Source: an uncultured Candidatus Bathyarchaeia archaeon (lineage in GTDB: Archaea; Thermoproteota; Bathyarchaeia; Bathyarchaeales; Bathycorpusculaceae). Taken from it: 30,456 bases of DNA. The notes under the pieces were generated by a model that saw only the letters and a program-made list of their open reading frames with translations, was not told where the DNA came from and did not search any database. This document shows, in pieces, positions 25,832 through 30,456 of this stretch (position 1 is the stretch's first letter; every line of letters starts with the position of its first letter). Made by a program: the position numbers and the translations under genes. The stretch is from NCBI GenBank assembly GCA_964536035.1, contig CAZHWL010000001.1, forward strand, positions 1 to 30,456, in the 5' to 3' direction.

Positions 25832-27400
25832 CTAGTTGAATGGGACAACCGACGTCTCCATCGTTTGGAGATTGACAACAGGTACCTTTCCAGGTGTCGG
25901 TATAAAGCCAAGCCTCTGCATGTACTCGGTTTGCTCCTGCCAGCCCCCAGAGTTGACTATCATGACGCCTCGATAGTTGCATTGTCCTATTGCGTGAATG
26001 TGTCCTGCGTGGAAGATATCTGGGACGTGATCTATAACTAGGAAGTCTCTGTTTTCTGGCGAAAGTGTTGTCTTCCCACCGTATATTGGTGCCAGATGAC
26101 GGCATTGGAGAAGCAGTTTCATGGCCTTCTCTGGGTTATTGTTACTCATCTCTGGCACTGTGGATATTACGTCATCAAGGCTGCGCCCATGGTACATCAA
26201 GACTTCAACTCCATGGAGGCTCACGTCACATGGGTTCCCGAGAGAATAAACATTTCTTGATTCTTGAAGTAACTCTAGAAAACTATCTGCTATTGCTGGC
26301 TGGGGCAAAGCCTTTCTTGGTACATCATGATTTCCAGGGATTATTATTATGTCTATGTAATCTGGGATTTGTTCGATGTATTTTGCGGCGAGGCGGTACT
26401 GCTTGTAAACATCTCTAATTACGAGTTCCTTCACTTGGTTAGGGTAGATCCCTACTCCGTCGACGATGTCTCCTGCGACAAGGACGTATTTGACGTGACT
26501 TGCCATTTCTCTCATTTGTGCGTTGCCGTATTTGCCATTCAACCATAGTATGAAGCGGTGGAATGATTCTTTTTGGAATTTTGCGCTACCCACGTGCATG
26601 TCTGAGGTTAATGCTGCGTAGACTAGTTCAGGAGCTCTATGCTGGGTTCTTTGCCCGACTTCTGGATAGATTATATCTTCAGCAACAAGAAGCGTGCTTC
26701 TCGTTTTTACTACACTAAGGCAGACAACTTGATCCAGCAACAGCATACAAACTTTCTTTCGAAGTTCTTCTGAGGCGTTCTGGGGAACAAGAACAGTGAT
26801 GTTTGCCTGTAAATCCTCAACCATAAGTATCGTTCTGTTCTTGGATTCTCGCTTTTCAGTTATCATGCCGATAATTTTGAGTCGTGTGTTTGGTGGAGTT
26901 TTCAAAGCGTCTATTATTGAAGCGGCGCTCTTAACGTCCATTCTCTGTCTGAGTAGGCGCTCTGTCCGTTTGAATCTATCTTGGAAATATCCCAAGAAGT
27001 CTTGGATTGTACCGTTTGTGTTCAATTTCGTGCTTGGATCTTCGATCACATGAACGTTTGACTCAACTTCCTTTGCATATGGATGAAAAGCTGTCTTCCC
27101 ATCGAGCATCTGAACTTCTTGCAGTTCAGAAAGTTTTTGTGGCTTCTCCAACGAGATATCAAGATTGACTACTTCCTTCGTCGGTGTGTTCTCCTCTAGT
27201 AATTGTTCTAGAAACGGTCTGTCTATGAACATTGGTTTCTCGCTGGTGCTTTCTAACTTCTTTATGATTTTAACCATGATTTCGGAAGGATCCTCTGTAG
27301 CTGCGAGCGTTGACAATAGTCCGAAGGCATCCGGATTTAGCTGATATCCTGCTGACATTGTTAGCTCGATTGCTCTGCGAAGTTTTTCCAGTTCACTCAT
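25832..27400 (-). CDS. polB: DNA polymerase II (PolD) small subunit DP1 (3'-5' exonuclease)
   Basis: OB fold plus phosphoesterase motifs SDMHVGS, AGDIVDG, PGNHD, YHG and GHIH. ATG 27400 overlaps the upstream stop as ATGA. Confidence 0.96.
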   Translation of the reverse strand: MSELEKLRRAIELTMSAGYQLNPDAFGLLSTLAATEDPSEIMVKIIKKLESTSEKPMFIDRPFLEQLLEENTPTKEVVNLDISLEKPQKLSELQEVQMLDGKTAFHPYAKEVESNVHVIEDPSTKLNTNGTIQDFLGYFQDRFKRTERLLRQRMDVKSAASIIDALKTPPNTRLKIIGMITEKRESKNRTILMVEDLQANITVLVPQNASEELRKKVCMLLLDQVVCLSVVKTRSTLLVAEDIIYPEVGQRTQHRAPELVYAALTSDMHVGSAKFQKESFHRFILWLNGKYGNAQMREMASHVKYVLVAGDIVDGVGIYPNQVKELVIRDVYKQYRLAAKYIEQIPDYIDIIIIPGNHDVPRKALPQPAIADSFLELLQESRNVYSLGNPCDVSLHGVEVLMYHGRSLDDVISTVPEMSNNNPEKAMKLLLQCRHLAPIYGGKTTLSPENRDFLVIDHVPDIFHAGHIHAIGQCNYRGVMIVNSGGWQEQTEYMQRLGFIPTPGKVPVVNLQTMETSVVPFN

Positions 27401-27992
27401 AACCTGATAGTTCTCCAAACCATTCCGTTCGGGATAATTACGTAGCCTTCTTCTTTGTCTCCGATCGCTTCAGTTTGATGCGTTGAATGTAGACAAACAG
27501 TCGGTGTTGCTGTTGTCGCATCGATCTCGCGATTCGTTAAGAACCGTCGTGTTATCTCTTCTTTCAGTCGCATGCGTTGCAGGATCATTTTGTATACTTC
27601 TCCAGTCTTTCAGTGACATGCCTAGTAGCTTTCGTGTTGATGTTTGATGTACTTCTATTGTTCATTATCTTTCTCTGCTATTAACCTGTTCAGTCCTATA
27701 ACACGTTCTCTGAGCTTTCGTTATTGGAAACGTTGGCAGAAAAATTCTGAGTCCTCTACTGACCATTTGCCCATCTGCTTTCCTCAAGGAACCAGTTGCT
27801 GGAAGACTGAGAGGAGCATCTATGACTGTTAATGCGGATCTTGCAGAAATGAGACTTTCTAGAATCTCGACGCCTTTATGAAGGAGGCATGTTTCCAAGA
27901 CTTTGTTGCGTAGGGACCGCCCATCCTGTTGGGTTGTTCGGGTTTGCCGCAAGGTCTATACCAACAAAAACGTCTTCTTTCAATTCTAACAT
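27397..27992 (-). pseudogene. DUF429 / COG2410 predicted RNase H-fold nuclease, with four frameshifts
   Basis: Five reading-frame segments join up: MLELKEDVFVGIDLAANPNNPTGWAV / LRNKVLETCLL...IDAPLSLP..GSLRKAD...PTFP / KLRERVIGLNRLIAEK / TIEVHQTSTRKLLGM..KDWRSIQ / MILQ...REIDATTA...GDKEEGYVIIP. Frameshifts at about 27914, 27717, 27662 and 27590. Confidence 0.85.
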
Positions 27993-28076
27993 GTGTGCCT
28001 AAATCTATATATTGGCGCCGCGTTTAAATGTGTCAATATTCCAGTTTCGAATAGTGACTTGTCGATGGTGGTATAG

Positions 28077-29060
28077 TTGAACACTGTCCGTAAGATTCAA
28101 AGTACGCCCAGTGGGACGGTTTTTGTTTGCCTGCCTAAGGCTTGGGCTGAGCAGTACTCTGTGAATAAGGGCTCTTTTGTGGCTATAAGTGAAACTGAAG
28201 GGGGCAAACTTGTTATTGACCCAAGACACGATGTTGAGCCATTGCCGCACTCGATAACACTGACTCCTGGGCCATATCTGAATCGTGAGATCATAGGCAC
28301 ATACTTGTTGGGCTTCGACATAATTCGGGTTGAACCGAAAACGCGCATCAGTTTCGAAGTTAGGGACACTGTTAAGAGTGCAGTTAATCGTTTGATTGGG
28401 TTGGAGATTGTTGAGGAAGACAACTCCAAGATCGTTCTGCAGTGTTTGTTAGAGCCGTCAAGCTTTCCGCCTGAGAAAATTCTGCGCCGAGGCTACTCTA
28501 TAGCCGCTGGTATGCATCGCGATGTTACTAACGCCTTTTTGGATGGAGACGTACAGTTGGCTCGAAATGTTGTGGCTCGTGATGATGAAGGAAACAGGCT
28601 CTACTTTCTTCTAGTTCGTATTCTGCGAACGATTGTACAGAACCCCGGTCTGAGTGAGAAGTTGGGCGCGACTCCTATTGAATGCCTTGACTATCGTCTG
28701 GTTGCAAGTTTGGTTGAGGCAATTGGTGATGAGGGAGTGCGCATAGCACGAAAGGTAATTGAACTGAAAGGTGTGAAATTGGCTGAGGAGTTGCGGAAAC
28801 AGTTTGTCGATTTTCACTTGGCCTGTTTCGAGACCCACGAAGGTGCTTTGAACGCGTTCCTGACGAGCAATGTGGAGTTAGCTGAAGGGGTCAGGGCAAA
28901 GCATGAGAAAATGGAAAAGACGTTCACTAATATTGAAAAAATTGCAAGGGAGCAGTCGCTTGATGTTGTTCCGCAGATCCTTGCAGTTGCCTCTTTCCTG
29001 AGACAGATCTATGAGCATAGCGTAGATATTGCAGATTTGGTAATTCCAAAAAAAGACTGA
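28077..29060 (+). CDS. phoU: AbrB-PhoU fusion phosphate uptake regulator
   Basis: N-terminal AbrB-like GTVFVCLPKAWA segment, LIGLEIVEE, then PhoU repeats (RDDEGNRLYFLLVR, EAIGDEG, IYEHSVDIADL). Confidence 0.9.
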   Translation: MNTVRKIQSTPSGTVFVCLPKAWAEQYSVNKGSFVAISETEGGKLVIDPRHDVEPLPHSITLTPGPYLNREIIGTYLLGFDIIRVEPKTRISFEVRDTVKSAVNRLIGLEIVEEDNSKIVLQCLLEPSSFPPEKILRRGYSIAAGMHRDVTNAFLDGDVQLARNVVARDDEGNRLYFLLVRILRTIVQNPGLSEKLGATPIECLDYRLVASLVEAIGDEGVRIARKVIELKGVKLAEELRKQFVDFHLACFETHEGALNAFLTSNVELAEGVRAKHEKMEKTFTNIEKIAREQSLDVVPQILAVASFLRQIYEHSVDIADLVIPKKD

Positions 29061-29068
29061 CGACGTTC

Positions 29069-30289
29069 CTAAAAGGGGAGCTTGTCAACCTTCACTGGTG
29101 CCTTTGCCATTGAGACATTGGCATCTGCTCTCAATTCATGAGTGTACTGAATTTCACCCGCTATGTTGCAATCAGATTCTATTGTAATCTCCTCTCCATA
29201 GACGTTCGCTACAGATGCCCCTCTTCTCAGAAGTATCCTTTTTCCAAACACGTTTTCTGCCTGAGCATCTTTCCCGATTAATACTTCATCTGCTCTCAGA
29301 TCGCCGCGAACCTCGCCTCTTCTTCCTATTTCAACAAAAACTGCAGTAAGGCCTTGAACTGTTCTTATTGAGCCACCAACTTCAACACGGTTTGAAGCTG
29401 CAACCTTTTGAGCCTCTAACACTCCCCCTATTTCGATATCTTCGGCTGAAAGTTCCTTTCCGATTTCAGCTTTTCCTCCGACTTCCAAATCCCCGGAAAG
29501 TTTAAGCGAACCCTCAATCTCCACTTTTCCTCCAACCTCTATTTCTCTGCCTTCAGCTGATTCCGAGATTTTCACTTTGCCACCTACATCGATTTTCCCG
29601 AACTTCAAGTTTCCTTTGACTTCCAAAACTCCTCCTATATCCACATCTCCGCCTTTACAGTTGCCAGCCAATCGAACTATTCCTCCCACTTCTATCTCTT
29701 CGAACTCGAGCGAACCGTTGGATTCAAAGCTGCCTCCGACGTCTATGTTTCTGATTTTTCCGCCATGTACTCTGGCTGTTCCGCCAACATCTAGGTGTTC
29801 TATTACGACGTTTAATTCAGCTGAGAAGCTGCCGCCAATGTCGACGTCTTCCGCTTCAACTTCTCCTTTTGCTCTGAAGCTGCCTCCGACGTCTATGCTT
29901 CTGGCTTTGGTTTTTTCGACGACTTCGAGGCGCCCTCCCACTTCAACGGTTTCTGCTGTCAACCACTTTCCTACGTACAAAGCCTCGTCCACATCTACTT
30001 GTTTTGCTGACAGAGACCCTTGCACCTCTAGCCGGCCGTCTTCAGCCCTTACTTCATCGTGGATGTTCAAATTGCCATTTATTCTGACGTCTCTTTCTGT
30101 CTGTAATCGCTCTGCTGATAGGTCACACTCGAAAGTGTTATGCCCTCTGCAATGTACCGTGCCTGAGACTTTGACTGTTGATGGCGACCCCGTTCCCTTG
30201 ATGACTGTATGTTCTTCCACTATGAGATCTCCGTTCACTGAGTCCAGTGTCACGGTGCTTCTGGACGGAATTGTTGTTCTGTTGTTCAT
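29069..30289 (-). CDS. Long bactofilin-like (polymer-forming cytoskeletal) beta-helix protein
   Basis: Twelve x[DE][VI]GG repeats at about 17-aa spacing plus V/I-G-rich beta-solenoid ends; start at ATG 30289 after a GAGGAAGG RBS. Confidence 0.85.
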   Translation of the reverse strand: MNNRTTIPSRSTVTLDSVNGDLIVEEHTVIKGTGSPSTVKVSGTVHCRGHNTFECDLSAERLQTERDVRINGNLNIHDEVRAEDGRLEVQGSLSAKQVDVDEALYVGKWLTAETVEVGGRLEVVEKTKARSIDVGGSFRAKGEVEAEDVDIGGSFSAELNVVIEHLDVGGTARVHGGKIRNIDVGGSFESNGSLEFEEIEVGGIVRLAGNCKGGDVDIGGVLEVKGNLKFGKIDVGGKVKISESAEGREIEVGGKVEIEGSLKLSGDLEVGGKAEIGKELSAEDIEIGGVLEAQKVAASNRVEVGGSIRTVQGLTAVFVEIGRRGEVRGDLRADEVLIGKDAQAENVFGKRILLRRGASVANVYGEEITIESDCNIAGEIQYTHELRADANVSMAKAPVKVDKLPF

Positions 30290-30456
30290 TTGCCCTTCCT
30301 CGTTACACATTTATTGTTGACTGTTTAAAAGGAATACTCACGTCTGGTGACTATCTGCAGCGCAAGAGTTCTTTCAGCTATTGCTATGTTCCCTACTGCT
30401 CTTGTTTTTCCACGCCAATTCTCTTCATGTTTTATTTGATGTTCCATTCTTACCAC

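Noticed and set aside
27665-27952. Independent 95-aa ORF (and the 63-aa ORF at 27397..27588)
   Set aside because: Both are fragments of the frameshifted DUF429 pseudogene.
29577-30320. 247-aa plus-strand ORF
   Set aside because: It is an antisense shadow of the repetitive Gly/Val-rich bactofilin gene (PPTS repeats mirror DVGG).
30325-30447. 40-codon minus-strand ORF MEHQIKHEENWRGK... upstream of the bactofilin-like gene
   Set aside because: It has no recognisable motif, lies at the window edge and may be chance or a truncated gene end.
1-30456. tRNA/rRNA genes, transposases, integrases
   Set aside because: I saw no T-loop GTTCRA cloverleaf, rRNA signature, DDE/tyrosine recombinase ORF or terminal inverted repeats by eye; a tRNAscan-SE/Infernal run would be decisive.

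Overview
Archaeal chromosomal window. PolD (DP1 and DP2) occurs together with Elf1, Sec61beta, a group II GGGP synthase, Alba and Nob1, which points to a non-crenarchaeal TACK or Asgard lineage. From protein style I infer Bathyarchaeia; no database search was run. It is mostly housekeeping and metabolism: nadK, nob1, an MFS transporter, a class III aminotransferase with a GNAT, a four-subunit 2-oxoacid:ferredoxin oxidoreductase, DUF2070, glyA, MazG, polC, nadE with a nitrilase, a class I aminotransferase, a PhoU regulator and a bactofilin-like protein. The window contains a probable replication origin: inverted ORB boxes around an AT-rich core at about 23955-24407, directly upstream of cdc6, with DP1 convergent on cdc6. 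The most interesting region is 21161-23755, immediately left of the origin. It holds four uncharacterised genes, three of them with HTH/wHTH-like domains, and one is a membrane-anchored coiled coil ending in a wHTH. It also holds a dense ~300-bp array of GTGA/TCAC repeats whose core recurs inside the origin. This is a candidate origin-tethering or segregation (or initiation-control) module. Two features missing from the ORF track are also present: a Sec61beta gene and a DUF429 pseudogene with four frameshifts, whose stop overlaps the DP1 start. I recognised no tRNA, rRNA, CRISPR array or IS element.
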